The notes beneath the pieces are model-generated. The model saw nothing but the letters and a program-made list of their open reading frames with translations. It was not told the DNA's origin and searched no databases. DNA of 63,979 nucleotides, filler included, from Octopus bimaculoides (lineage: Eukaryota), in the NCBI RefSeq assembly GCF_001194135.2. It is 5 parts of 5 records of this genome, joined end to end, with 100 filler letters (N's around TTAATTAATTAA, not from the genome) between each part and the next. Parts side by side here need not be neighbours in the genome. Positions count along the whole stretch, not along the records: positions 1 to 23,370 come from NC_068998.1; positions 23,471 to 54,660 come from NC_068982.1; 3 more parts are not named here. The stretch is one strand, 5' to 3'. The position numbers were made by a program, and so were the translations under genes. Below, piece by piece: positions 10,920 to 24,441 of this stretch; positions within the stretch are counted from its first letter, which is position 1; the number at the start of each line of letters is the position of its first letter.

Positions 10920-12374
10920 AATCATGTGCGTATACAATTCAAGATGCAGAAAACCCATCAAATCTATAAGCAAGACCTAGAATCAGATATTCATCTAGTG
11001 CAAGACATGAAATTATTTAAATGTGAAACTCACCAATTACAACAATTGCACAGGTTATTTTCCTCTCGTTTGTACCATTCAATGTTTATTGAACTTGATA
11101 AGGACGTTAGTTTGTGTAATGAGGATAAAGGTGTCTGACACGATCACAATGTTACTATGGGAATAAAAGAAAGAATTACGATCGAGAATGGAAGCAAAAC
11201 TCACACTTTGATTTCCAGGAAATTACAATGCATACAAGCAATTCTTTTCTATAAGCCTTTCATCTTTCCTGAGCTTGAAAATTAGATGTTTGCAAGAATA
11301 TAGAAATGGATTTATCAACTGTCATGAAATGAGGAATTAGATAATTAAAAAAATTGTACAAATAAACAAGTAAATCCTGCTTATGAAAACAATGGAATAC
11401 TTTCAGAAGATTTGAAGTAACGTGAAATCCTGTCAAACCATTTCTTGTACAGTGATACACTGCGGCAGTCCCAAATGTCATGCGATAGAATAATCAATTC
11501 TTTGACAAAAACGAGAGAATAGCTTTCGAGAAGCTTTATGCGAGCTATGCAAAAAGGGTGGTTCTATGGTATATAGAAAACAATGCAAAAAAGGAGAAAC
11601 TGCGAACATTGCCATTCTGATCGAAGAATTCTCGAGTATCAACAAAATATATTATTCGAAGTCGTTGCCACTTTGTAAATTAGAATATACGAACGTATAC
11701 ATGTGCGCGCGCGCGTATGCATCTATGCATGTATTTGCGTACGTATATCTGTAAATATGTACATATGTACATATATATACACTTATATATTTGCATATAT
11801 ATATATATATATANNNNNNNNNNNNNNNNNNNNNNNNNNNNNNNNNNNNNNNNNNNNNNNNNNNNNNNNNNNNNNNNNNNNNNNNNNNNNNNNNNNNNNN
11901 NNNNNNNNNNNNNNNNNNNNNNNNNNNNNNNNNNNNNNNNNNNNNNNNNNNNNNNNNNNNNNNNNNNNNNNNNNNNNNNNNNNNNNNNNNNNNNNNNNNN
12001 NNNNNNNNNNNNNNNNNNNNNNNNNNNNNNNNNNNNNNNNNNNNNNNNNNNNNNNNNNNNNNNNNNNNNNNNNNNNNNNNNNNNNNNNNNNNNNNNNNNN
12101 NNNNNNNNNNNNNNNNNNNNNNNNNNNNNNNNNNNNNNNNNNNNNNNNNNNNNNNNNNNNNNNNNNNNNNNNNNNNNNNNNNNNNNNNNNNNNNNNNNNN
12201 NNNNNNNNNNNNNNNNNNNNNNNNNNNNNNNNNNNNNNNNNNNNNNNNNNNNNNNNNNNNNNNNNNNNNNNNNNNNNNNNNNNNNNNNNNNNNNNNNNNN
12301 NNNNNNNNNNNNNNNNNNNNNNNNNNNNNNNNNNNNNNATATATATATATATATACAGAGAGAGAGAGAGTCAG

Positions 12375-12429
<55 letters not shown>

Positions 12430-14826
12430 CATACATACATACATACGTACATACATACATATGTACGTTTCTGTAAGCTTGTGTTGAGCTGTATGTATGG
12501 ATGTTTGCATAGGTTTATATACATTTGCTTGAAAATGTGTGTAGGATGTATAATCATAGTTAAACACAACGAAGCATTCACTAAAAATGGAACAGTTTTA
12601 TTAACAAAAGTTTAACACTAGTTTCAAACATTCGTTGATGAAACATGCCAGGTTAAGGCAGCGGACTCGCGGCCGTCGGATCACGGTTTCGATCCCAAGA
12701 CCGAGCGTTGTGAGTGTTCATTGAGCGAAAATACCTAAAACTCCACGAGGTTCCAGCAAGGAGTGAAGGCGAGCCCTGCTGTACTCTTTCACCACAACTT
12801 TCTCTCTTCCTGTTTCTTCCTGTTTCTGCTGTATCTGTATTTCAAAGGGCCTCCGTGTCACGCTGAATCTCGTCCGGAACTACGTTAAGGATACACGCGT
12901 ATGTGGAGTGTTCAGCTACTTCCACGTTAATTTCACGAGCAGGTTGTTCTGTTGATCGGATCAACTGGAACCCGCGTCGTCATTAACCGACGGAGTGCTA
13001 CGATAATTATGTTTCTATATCTCACTTGCGGTAACGCAGCTATATGTCTAAAGTTTTATTTTCTCTGTTTGTAGGTTTCGATGATGTTTTGACATTTTGA
13101 GACAGCATTTTTCGATAATGTTTAGTTTTAAGATTTAAAAAAGTAATATACGTGTTTCTAATGTTATACATTATCTTGTAATGTCCATTTGATATTCAAT
13201 TTCTAAAAGAGAAGCGATTCTCAATGGAATATATCTTAGCAAATTTGTTGGTAAGAAATACTTCATTCTTTACGCTTTTCATACCGATCATAATATATGT
13301 ACTTGTACAACACCAAAGCAATCAGCATCGAGCTGATAATAAGAGGCAAACGACCTGTCATGGAAACGTGTTGATGCTCATAGAAACAGACACTTCTATT
13401 TGAAGCCAAAGGCACTTGAACTGGAGAGGTGTATTTTATGAGATGGTGATTATACTTGGAATAAAATAAATTTCTTTGACACAACTTCTCAAACTGTCAT
13501 GCTAGGGAATTGGATCGCAACAATCAGAAGACCTTAACAGCCATATATCTACCGTTACAGACTTTTGGTTCATCCAAATTGCATAGCAATATAATAGGTG
13601 TGTCTGCAACCAGTAGCATATTGTGGGAAATGAAAACAGGGTATTAAAGATAATTTCGAAACTATTTTGGATTGCTGGTAGCCTCACTGGTATTAAGTCG
13701 CGTGTTAAGTAATATATCCCAAGTTGATTTGTCTCACTCTTGTTAGATGGTTGTTGCATTAATATAACGTTAGTATCCACCATACCACTGTGTTGTTTAT
13801 ACTCTACAGTGTATTTCAGTTTGCAGAACCGAATTCTGCTTCGAAAGTTTTCAATTATGTATTGCAATAGAAGCAATAGATATGTATTCGTTAAATGTTT
13901 CTTATGCAATTGATCTCTGTCAATTTTCTTGACTTACATGTTAGGTTTCATGATGGGAGCAAGTTGGAAACAAATGTCTGACAGTTATTACTGAAGAATT
14001 TCCGGAGAGGTGTTTAATGAAGAATAACTTATAAGTTGGGTTTAGGAAATTATGACATAACGATTAAGGCATAAAGTGGCCAAATAGAGGTCGTTGTCGG
14101 TTCAATTTTAAATACATAAATTTAACTTTGAATCCTCTAGAATCTAAGTCGTTATTATAACAAATGCTTGTCTTATAGAATAATTATTCTTCGTGGGTTG
14201 TTTGAAGATCCTCATACTGAAGTTAATGTTCGGAATATTTTTTTAAATATGGCTGAGTGGTTTGCGTAGATATTAATGTATGGTTATGTTTAAAATTTCC
14301 TCTGGTGTTTTTATTTACGGGATTAAATTTAGGGTGAGATCAAACAAATATACTGTTAGAAATTGTTACATTTACTTCCGAAATGTTTGAAAATGTCTCA
14401 CTAGACAACTTAATGAATAGCAGTATTAACAGGTTTAAACATGAATAGCTAGAAATAATGTTTACACTTAATCTTGAGATCGAAGATCTTCCGGTCGTCA
14501 AACTAAACTTAATCAACTAAGAGTTGAAAATGCATTCAATAAGAGATAAAAGAAGACTCGCAGAATTGAAAACTGACGAAGTAGATATATTATAAATTGC
14601 TCGATGCAGAAGGCAGGAGACGCAACAGAAAACTTTATGAAATATTATAATAGATGAAATTGCAGGCTAATTAAAGAGATTACAAAGTATGACATATGAT
14701 ATTGATGAGCTGAGCACTGACGTCGGTTTATTGCTAAACTATATTAAAACGGAAATTACGAAGAACGAACAAACGGATGGAAGAAATCTGTCTTTAAATG
14801 TGAATGGACCTGAAGATTCAAAATGA
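10920..14826 (+). pseudogene. Candidate decayed TRPM-like ion-channel gene, split by a microsatellite/gap and a SINE
   Basis: Manual translation shows collinear TRPM-like motifs across stops and frameshifts: QAILFYKPFIFPELEN, ENSFRE..KGETANIAILIEEFSSINKIY, TSFFTLFIPIIIYVLVQ, DYTWNKI..YRYRLLVH..LQPVAYCGK, YSTVYFSLQNRILL, and a C-terminal heptad LKRLQSMTYDIDELSTDVGLLLNYIK. The match is by eye only. Confidence 0.4.
12648..12999 (+). mobile_element. tRNA-derived SINE family E, 5' end clipped
   Basis: GGTTAAGGCAGCGGACTCGC..GGTTTCGATCCC tRNA-like head; the tail matches 2603-2699 in reverse. Confidence 0.9.
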
Positions 14827-15608
14827 TTTTAAATATCTTGGAAATTTCTAAAGGTTCAACCTGTGGTGTTTTCGAAACTGAATTAATTTAAAACTTTAAC
14901 AAGACAACTGGAGAACGAGAAACCATTCATACAAAAATTATATTGTGTACGATATCAGCAGTTGGGATTGAACACCTATAGTTCAAAACCCGTTAATTAA
15001 ACATTAGTAAGCAGTTTCCGTTCCCACTTCTTCAAATACCAAGTTCAGGAAGAATTCCAGCACATAAAATAAATATATGCGTTGTTTTCAGGTTTTATAG
15101 TATGTCAGTAATTACCAGTTACTTTCATATTTAAAGTTAAATTTCTGCCCTTTTATAAGAAGGAAAGAACGTTACTTAAATATTTCCTGTAAAATTCTTC
15201 TTCTAGCAGCTGATACATTGCACTACAAATCACCTTCGTAGTTCATCTACTACATTATCTAGAATTTTCGAGAAGCATATTATTATGGCTGAGATTCCTT
15301 ATCTCTTCAAAATTTCACTTGTCTTCTTTCCAAATATAATATTACGTTATCTGAGTTATTTTACTATCTCTGTGCCATCGTTCGACTCTAATACTGAGAA
15401 CACACACACACACGCACGCATACATACATGATAATAGACTCAAACATATTTATGCACACGCAGAAGTACATATATTTACATCGTGAACATGTAAATTTAT
15501 TTCCTGCTAGCAATGCGCTATTACACACAGATAGACACACTCAGACGCACGAAATAGCATATGTTCACACGTGCACACGCATACATATACACATACACAC
15601 ACATGCAC

Positions 15609-15790
<182 letters not shown>

Positions 15791-16034
15791 ATGTACGCAT
15801 ATATACACACGCATATACATTATACATTAGTATAACTATCTTCACGCGTAAGCACGTATCTGTATCATATATGCATATGTTTTATGTATATGCACGTACA
15901 TGTGTGTGTGTGTGGGGGGGGCGTGTGTGTGTTTAACATATTTCAATACACTCAGACACTCAGAGCCACACACTTGTGTCTCTCTCCTACGTCTCTCGCA
16001 CCTAATATGTATGTATACATATATAATATAAATA

Positions 16035-16076
<42 letters not shown>

Positions 16077-16809
16077 TATTTATATTATATATGTATGTAT
16101 GTATATATGTATATGCATGTGTGTAGGGGGTGTATGTGTATACAGAGCGTGAGAGAGAAAAAGTATATGAATTACATGAGACAAGTAGAGATAATAAAAC
16201 AGAAAGTGGTGTGAAAAATATAATCTATAATATAATCTGCAGAACATGTTATGCCAATATTCAGTTTTCCTACCGGGTTACGCAATATTTCGTCAGAATT
16301 ATCAGATATAAAGCATAGGATAATCTGAAAATAGCCTCACCGTGCACAAATATAGTTTTGTAATTGATCGTTTTGGAAGTACATTTTACTTGTCATGCGT
16401 AACCTATTGTAAGTAAGCGTGAAGTAATTCGGAAGTAGTGAGATTGTTTGATTCGATCGGATAGATAACATATTTCCTACGTTACACTACCAGCAAAATT
16501 TTGTCAATAAATTGTACATTAATAAATTCACAGAAAGAGGGATGTAACGAAGAAGGTAATAAAAAAAGCGATTCACTACTTTAGGGAGAGTCTTATGTAA
16601 AGCCTTGTACAATTATATTTTGTATACATTCAGGCGTGGAACATACTTCACTGTCGTAATCGGCTCTTAAATTCCCCAGTAACTAATGTTAAAACAAAAA
16701 AGAAAGAAATGTGAGCTGTATATTAAGGAAAACGTTCCTTCCGAGATATTTAATACAGCGATATCGTTATAAGGTTGAGTTAACCGGTATATATTACATA
16801 TAAATAAAC

Positions 16810-16852
16810 ACATGTGGTTAGGAAGCAAACTTCTTGCCACACAGCTACGGCT
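16810..16852 (-). mobile_element. SINE family A head fragment
   Basis: CATGTGGTTAGGAAGCAAACTTCTTGCCACACAGCTACG is the reverse complement of the family A head. Confidence 0.7.
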
Positions 16853-17817
16853 AACCCAATATATATGCATATATATATATGCANNNNNNNNNNNNNNNNN
16901 NNNNNNNNNNNNNNNNNNNNNNNNNNNNNNNNNNNNNNNNNNNNNNNNNNNNNNNNNNNNNNNNNNNNNNNNNNNNNNNNNNNNNNNNNNNNNNNNNNNN
17001 NNNNNNNNNNNNNNNNNNNNNNNNNNNNNNNNNNNNNNNNNNNNNNNNNNNNNNNNNNNNNNNNNNNNNNNNNNNNNNNNNNNNNNNNNNNNNNNNNNNN
17101 NNNNNNNNNNNNNNNNNNNNNNNNNNNNNNNNNNNNNNNNNNNNNNNNNNNNNNNNNNNNNNNNNNNNNNNNNNNNNNNNNNNNNNNNNNNNNNNNNNNN
17201 NNNNNNNNNTATGTATGTATGTATGTTTGTATGTATGTATGTTTGTATGTATGGGTGGGGTGGCAGGATGCATTGATAGATGAATTAAATTAGATTCGAT
17301 TATTGCAGTTCACTCATCAACCATGTTTCGTTTGACATCTTTCGCTGTGATACTATATTTTTTTTTACATTCGAAGTCAATCATGTTAGGAACATTGAAG
17401 TAGCAAGAAGCAGCGGAGTGATTGTTAGATTTCCTATCTAACATACTGATAAATATCTTAGCTAAATAAGCTATGCGGAGCTTTGTTAGGGGTAAAAAAA
17501 ATGATGAGATGATTACAAAAAAATATTGATAATTCGATCAGCTTTCCTCTAAAACTTTTCAAATGAAATTACTAAATGCATAATCTGAGAAGAGATCAGT
17601 CAGCATACTAACCATGTTACGTGTTGAATTTTTATTCTATGTATCACATTATTCTTTATAGGTTTACTTGAGCTAAAATGAATATGAATCTCACATTCGT
17701 TGGAAAAAAAAATTAGTAAATTCCAAATGTGTGTTATGCGGTTAACGTTTGCATTTCCGAATGTTATACGAATTATTATTATTATTATTATGATTATTAT
17801 TATTATTATCATTATTA

Positions 17818-17852
<35 letters not shown>

Positions 17853-19601
17853 TGCCTGTAATGTGGTATATTGAAGTATTCGTCGGTGCATATACAGAGA
17901 AAAATAACTTAATCATGGAAAAGCTGGGCACTGAGAAATCTAGTGACGTTTGTCAATCAGTAAAGAATGCAATATTTTGACCCCGTTATTTAGGCCTAGA
18001 ATCGCTTGTGTCTGCAACTTAGGGGTCAAGGGTAAAGGAAAACAGATTCGTGGGCGACAGCTATGATTATGGACCGATTACGTCAAAATCTTCACATAAA
18101 TCCTGGTAGAGTGTACGGTTCAACCATAGACACATAAATCAAAAATTGCTACAGACGTGTGTGTAACAAAGCTGGGTCGTTCTTTCTGAAGCCCGAATCC
18201 TCAGTCACGCGAATAGGTATATTCATATGCGTTTTTGTTTAGAGTGTAGGAGAAGAAATTTTGACAGTAAAGTAAATTACGATAATCAGTGTTTATCTCA
18301 GTATCGAAGACCAGCTGTAGTACGCCTCTGAGCTTGTCTATCGGCAGGATTTCTCCCTCGAAAATATTTCCAAAGAAAGTATTTATTGTGTTGTTGAATG
18401 GAAATGTATTTCTCTTGCCGCGTGAAGAAATAACTTACAATTCCTGCCAACAATTAACAAACGATTAACGGGGCATTTTTCTGATTCTTTTACAATAGCG
18501 GGGTTTATGGGGTTTGAGGGAGTAAATGCTCTTGACTGATCTGAGCGAAAATTTAGCGTTTTTCTACTAATAACATGTAGCAAGACTTTAGGTCTCAGGC
18601 ATTTTCAAATTCTACTATTTTTAATTTACACTCCACCCTAATACACACTTTCACGGAATCTATGTCCACAATTATTGATGTTACAATAATAGTCGTTAAA
18701 ATGACAAAACGAAGAACAACTCCGAGGAATTTGGATTCAAAACATGGGGATTCTTAATCAAATACACGAAAGCATTCTGTGTGTCATGTCTTACACACTG
18801 AATTATTAACACATGAAATTTCCAAAATCCAGAATATAAAATATAAATGTAAATGAAATTGTTGACTTCGGGCGAGAATAGAACTAAGTGACACCTTATC
18901 CATAATAAAGGCCGTGTGACAATCATAATCGATAATTAGCATTCTTCTGCATATATTATTTCTGACAACTTGCAAATCAAACAGGAGCACTGCAGGCTGA
19001 ATACTTTTCAATTATATTTCAATATCGATTAGCAAGATTATAAACTTTCAATTAATTTTTTTACACGTTGCAGCAAATTCTTCTTTCACCGAATTACCAT
19101 TAATTCTCTGTATTCATTCCAATATAATAATTCTTTCCATTGAACGTCATACGTCATTGCGCTATTTACATTACCAGGTAAATTCCGTTCACGATTTCAA
19201 TTCCAAGTTCAATTCTTTAACGCCAATATATACATTTTTTTCTTGAATGCTTTGTGTCTTATTTCTTAATTTCTCAAGAATTTCTGGCCCTGACCTGCAG
19301 CTATGCAATGGCACCACATGGGAGGATTTTAACCAAACCAATCAGCTGCAGTATCTACAATTTTACGTATGGTATTTCAGGTAGAACCGGTAGTGTACGA
19401 GGAAGTAACGAAATCGAGTGTCAAACAATGCAGACGGCTGGAGACAGATACACAAAGCGCACAGACACACACACATATATATATATGTGTGTGTGTGTGT
19501 GGGGGGGGGGGTGAGTGTGTGTGTGTGTGTGTATTTATGCATGTATGTATAAGTTTGTGTGTGTGTGTGTGTGTATGTATATATATATATTATACATATT
19601 G

Positions 19602-19681
19602 ATAATAAACATATAGATACGATAATAAGTATATAATTACGATAATAAACATATAGCTACTATAATGAACATAAAGATATG
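19602..19681. repeat. 20-bp minisatellite, 4 units
   Basis: GATAATAAACATATAGATAC / GATAATAAGTATATAATTAC / GATAATAAACATATAGCTAC / TATAATGAACATAAAGATAT. Confidence 0.85.
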
Positions 19682-19696
19682 ATGGGATTCTATATC

Positions 19697-19850
19697 ATTT
19701 CATGCTACCAAATTCACTCAGGACGCATTGTGAATGAATATCACGCTCACGGCCTGGGCTTATAAAAACTTATTCTTGCCCATCATGCCATGCAGTGGAA
19801 CTGAACCCAAAACAATATGGTTAGAAGGCATGTTTCTTAACTACACATGC
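19697..19850 (-). mobile_element. Diverged SINE family A
   Basis: CTACCAAATTCACTCA...GCCATGCAGTGGAACTGAACCC...TCTTAACTACAC matches the family A reverse complement. Confidence 0.65.
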
Positions 19851-20774
19851 AGATCTAGTGTGATGTCATTTTATCGCACATAATTTAATTTCAAAATTTT
19901 TGAAATTTCTCTAATTATGTGTCCTTTACAGATTACATTTTGTTTTCTTTTGTTGTAATGATTCTTTTTTATTTATATTCACATATTCATATCACGTCTC
20001 TACCCCACCTCCACACCATTTTTGTAATTATTTCTTTGACTGCAACCATCATCATCGGGCTTTACAATTTAACATCTCCCTACAATTTCGAAACGTTAAA
20101 AGAACTTCCGGTTGTACTGTAGTTAATTGAATATTTTTTTTTAAGTACATATATATATATGCTGCATTTTTATATTTTCTCTTTCTTTTCTAGATATCAA
20201 ATTATTGAGAATTGAAGTACACACACACACACACACACACGCACGCACGCAAGCAATGATACATTGACGAAAACACGCAATTTGTACCAGCCGTGTCGGT
20301 CTTTAATCTATAAAGCTTTCGCATTTTTATTATTTGAAAATTTAATTGTATTATTCTTACACACTAACACAACTCTTGCTGCGGAGCCGAATTCAGGCAA
20401 GTACTAATAGCAGTTAATTGAAGCTAATTATATAGCCTTATAATTACACTTTGCTCTTAAAATATGTAGGTGCTTTTTAGAATATAATATGGATGACTGA
20501 CACCATAATCTTCACCTCTCGTATTTCTGAATCGAATGCTATCAATAGAATATTCCCTGCCACACTTTCAGTATAATAACGCAATGATTGCTTTGTTTCC
20601 TTTCAAATTAGTTATATATTCACAAAGCAAAAACCTATTCCATTGATGTATATCAAACAAAAACACAAATTATCCAGCTTTTAACTGATTAACTCAGTAA
20701 CTCATTTCTCCCTCAGTTGCCTTTTGAACGTATTCCTTCTCCTGCTGTTAGATAATCAACATAACCCGTATGCG

Positions 20775-20843
<69 letters not shown>

Positions 20844-21935
20844 NNNNNNNNNNNNNNNNNNNNNNNNNNNNNNNNNNNNNNNNNNNNNNNNNNNNNNNNN
20901 NNNNNNNNNNNNNNNNNNNNNNNNNNNNNNNNNNNNNNNNNNNNNNNNNNNNNNNNNNNNNNNNNNNNNNNNNNNNNNNNNNNNNNNNNNNNNNNNNNNN
21001 NNNNNNNNNNNNNNNNNNNNNNNNNNNNNNNNNNNNNNNNNNNNNNNNNNNNNNNNNNNNNNNNNNNNNNNNNNNNNNNNNNNNNNNNNNNNNNNNNNNN
21101 NNNNNNNNNNNNNNNNNNNNNNNNNNNNNNNNNNNNNNNNNNNNNNNNNNNNAGACAAAGGGAGAGGGTGAGCAATTTCCTCGTATCATTATGTAAGTTA
21201 ATTCTAAAATAAACAGGCATTCGTGGAAGTTCTTTATTTTTTTTTTTTTTGCAACCTTCTCAATAACCCTCCTCTGTAAATTGGATTAAATCCGTTAAAT
21301 TCTTCCAAGCATTGCATTTCTTTGTTCCATTCATTTGCTCCATTTTTATGTGTTTATTTTTCTTTGTGGGTGATTTTTCATTCTTAGTGTTTGTTGCAGA
21401 TGCAGAAATCGTCTGCTTAGAAATGTTCACATCTCATTTAATAACGCAGTTTTGCAACTTTCATTAAATGTTATTCAAGCTCCCATCGCCAATACTCCTC
21501 CTCGAAATAATTACACCAAATTATAGCTTAATATTTCGACGTCATTGATCCCTTTGTGGTTGTCTTTTAACTATTTTTTTTTAATATGTTTCATTTCATA
21601 TATTTATTGTTAGGGAATTATTTCATCTCACTCAACCACTCAGCTTAAATAGTTCTGCAAGATTGACTAGTTGCCATTATATTTGAGACAAACGCATCCA
21701 TTAATGTTTTAACTTGTTAAAGCATTTAGTTATATGAAAAATTGGCTCCGCTCCTGTGGATATCTTCTTACATAAAATACAAAATATCTGTGGAAGTGAT
21801 TCAACCGTTTAATTCTAGTTCTAAAACGGTATGATCAAATGCTACTATTTGTATTGAGTTTTAAAATGTTTAATATTTTTACCATTAGTGTTTATTAATA
21901 CCATTAATATTTATTTTTTCTATATTTCTTCATAT

Positions 21936-22410
21936 AAAGGTGGTAGTTAGTGGAGCAGTAGGTTAACATAAACGATAGCAAAGTGTTTGCAGAAATTAGT
22001 AGTAATATTTTACGAAGTGGGTTCAAATTTTGCAAAGCTTTCTTTGGATTTCAGCATTGAAAGTGCTATGAAATAAGGGAGTGCCGGTCACCTACTTGTT
22101 CGATATCATCACCTATTGACGAACCAAATCATTTGGCTTAATTCTTAAAATACTCCAGTTAACCAAATTATCTGAAGGGGCGAGTAGGAATTCATAATAG
22201 TGAAAAGTGTTTTAACATGGGCACAAAACGTAGGATATGGTTGATGAGAATAACCTATTTCATAGAACTCAGTATTATACGACTTTATTTTATCTTTATT
22301 TTCTTCAGAGGAATTGAAAGCGAAGTCAGCTTTTGCGAAATTTGAACTCAGAACGGAAAATTCGGTACATATACCGCGAGTAATTGTTTCCATATCTCTA
22401 ACGAGTCTTC
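21936..22410. mobile_element. Two old SINE family B remnants, tail-to-tail (plus about 21936-22140; minus about 22290-22410)
   Basis: GGGTTCAAATTTTGCAAAGCT (plus) and GCGAAGTCAGCTTTTGCGAAATTTGAACTCAGAACG (minus) resemble the family B core. Confidence 0.45.
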
Positions 22411-22534
22411 CATTTCACAAAGCAAACTATTAATAGTTTTAATCAGAACTAGTTTTGGAGAAAAATAGCGAACCAGTATAGCCGTTAGAGCATTAAATAA
22501 AATGCCTTGTGGTATTTACTTTGTACGTTTCCCT

Positions 22535-22670
22535 TATTTTAGTCATTAGACTGCAATCATATTGGGGTATGACTTTGGTGAGTTGTACTCGAACGAACTT
22601 CCCAAGCTCTTATTGTATTAGGATCTTGTACCGAGCCGCCAAGTTACGGGGGTGAAAATGCTCCAACGCT
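22535..22670 (-). mobile_element. Old 3' part of SINE family A
   Basis: TTTAGTCATTAGACTGC...GAGCCGCCAAGTTACGGGG matches the reverse complement of the family A tail. Confidence 0.55.
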
Positions 22671-22814
22671 TAAAATCAAACAGACACGTATAAACATATA
22701 TACATACATATTTATGTATGCATGTATGTACCGATCAAATAATAAGATAGATGTTACCTTCTCTCACTCTCTTTCTCTCTCTGTATATACACACACACAA
22801 TTACACCCCCCCCC

Positions 22815-22864
<50 letters not shown>

Positions 22865-23370
22865 GTCTAAATGTTTCAATATCAATCTTACTATCTATTT
22901 GTTTCTACTTGTTTATCTATAAGGCAATTTCTCAGAATAGGCTACAGGCTACTAGAGTACGCGGTAAATACTTCCTTATTAACGTGGTGTGAGATTTGAA
23001 ACTGGTTTGTATAAAATCTGTCTTACCGTACCTAACATTATAGAGACTCATTCCCAGTCAATTGTCATCAGATTTTGCTATTCTGGCTGCGTAAATAATC
23101 ATTTGCAAACAAATATATCACTCGTAATTGATTATTCAAACTACACGGGTATGATTTAAGTGATAGGATTATATATTCATAACAAATAAATCATAAACTA
23201 GCAACAGAAATTTCCGTATGATGAAGGAAAATATTATATTCAATAAAATGACTGACAGGACTATATGACAATATGTACAACAGAATAAACTCAATAAAAG
23301 CAGACGACAAGAGAAGGTAACACAAGGTTATTACCACTGCCTGCTACATACATATATATATATATATATA

Positions 23371-23470
23371 NNNNNNNNNNNNNNNNNNNNNNNNNNNNNN
23401 NNNNNNNNNNNNNNTTAATTAATTAANNNNNNNNNNNNNNNNNNNNNNNNNNNNNNNNNNNNNNNNNNNN
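23371..23470. other. Synthetic scaffolding spacer N44-TTAATTAATTAA-N44
   Basis: Identical 100-bp structure at four sites; the 12-mer gives stops in all six frames. Confidence 0.95.
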
Positions 23471-23503
<33 letters not shown>

Positions 23504-23635
23504 GTATATGTATATGTATTCATTATAACAAACGTATGTATGCTATCCTCTACTGTCTTTCTAGAATTTTCAGCAAGAAATAAACGGATAATTCTTGGGG
23601 CACTGCAACAGTATTCAATACATATAATTTTCCAA

Positions 23636-24441
23636 TTCCAGTATATCTCGTTGTGATGGAGACCCGTTTTCATAAACATTCTAAGTATTGAATTAGATTT
23701 CAGATAGTGTTATCTGTTAGAGAAAATACTTAATAGGCAAAACTGAGAATATTAGAGCCTTACAGTGCCGGTGTATATAAATATAACAAGGTAGAACACG
23801 ATAATATGTTATACATATTTTTAGAATCTGTATCCATTGTGGATATATACAGTGGGTCTCAGAAATATGCATATACATTTCAACAGCTGATATATCACCC
23901 AATGTTTATTTCTTGCTAGATTTAATTCATCAGAAATTATGAAGAATGCCAGGTTAAGTACTGAACAAAGCAAATTTAACATAAATTCTGCTGGAAGTTT
24001 GAAAATGCGGTCGATATGCAAAGACAGTTAAGGAGAGAGTGTCACACAGATCCATCTACACAATTGAATATCATCGAAGTAGAGATAAGTTTGAGACATA
24101 TAGAAATTTCCAGAATGTCCACTAGGAACTTTCCAGATGACCGTGGTCAACGCCAAGCACCACAAAACAAGGAAGTGTACTAGACACGTAATGTCAACGT
24201 TCAAGAAAAGCTATGTTGCAAACGAATCGTGCGAAAGTAGTTTCAAGCATCTATCGCTCTTTGAATCGACGTCATTGGAAAAGTTACGTTCCAGTATATC
24301 TCGTTGTGATGGAGACCCGTTTTCATAAACATTCTAAGTATTGAATTAGATTTCAGATTGTGTTATCTGTTAGAGAAAATACTTAGTAGGCAAAACTGAG
24401 AATATTAGAGCCTTACAGTGCCGGTGTATATAAATATAACA
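23636..24441 (+). repeat. 153-bp direct repeat (23636-23788 and 24289-24441) separated by 500 bp
   Basis: TTCCAGTATATCTCG...TATAAATATAACA occurs twice with only two mismatches (GATAGTG/GATTGTG; TTAATAGG/TTAGTAGG). Confidence 0.95.

Noticed and set aside
11585-11650. Ankyrin-like GETA motif (KKGETANIAIL)
   Set aside because: Lacks the TPLH/TALH core and neighbouring repeats; it fits the TRPM GEE..A.AL segment equally well.
13502-13909. 135-aa minus-strand ORF
   Set aside because: No recognisable motif; better explained as the antisense shadow of the decayed plus-strand channel-like frame.
14420-14580. SAM-domain-like spacing F..E.L.......L...DL in the tail of the candidate pseudogene
   Set aside because: Only a few residues match and two stops interrupt it; the TRPM C-terminal reading explains the region at least as well.
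17960-18145. Cluster of TGATTTAT-like and TGACGT-like sites suggesting an enhancer
   Set aside because: Short AT-rich motifs are expected by chance; no conservation or chromatin data are available.
23636-24441. LTR retrotransposon or TRIM call for the 153-bp direct repeats
   Set aside because: No TG...CA pair on one strand, and no PBS, PPT or target-site duplication.
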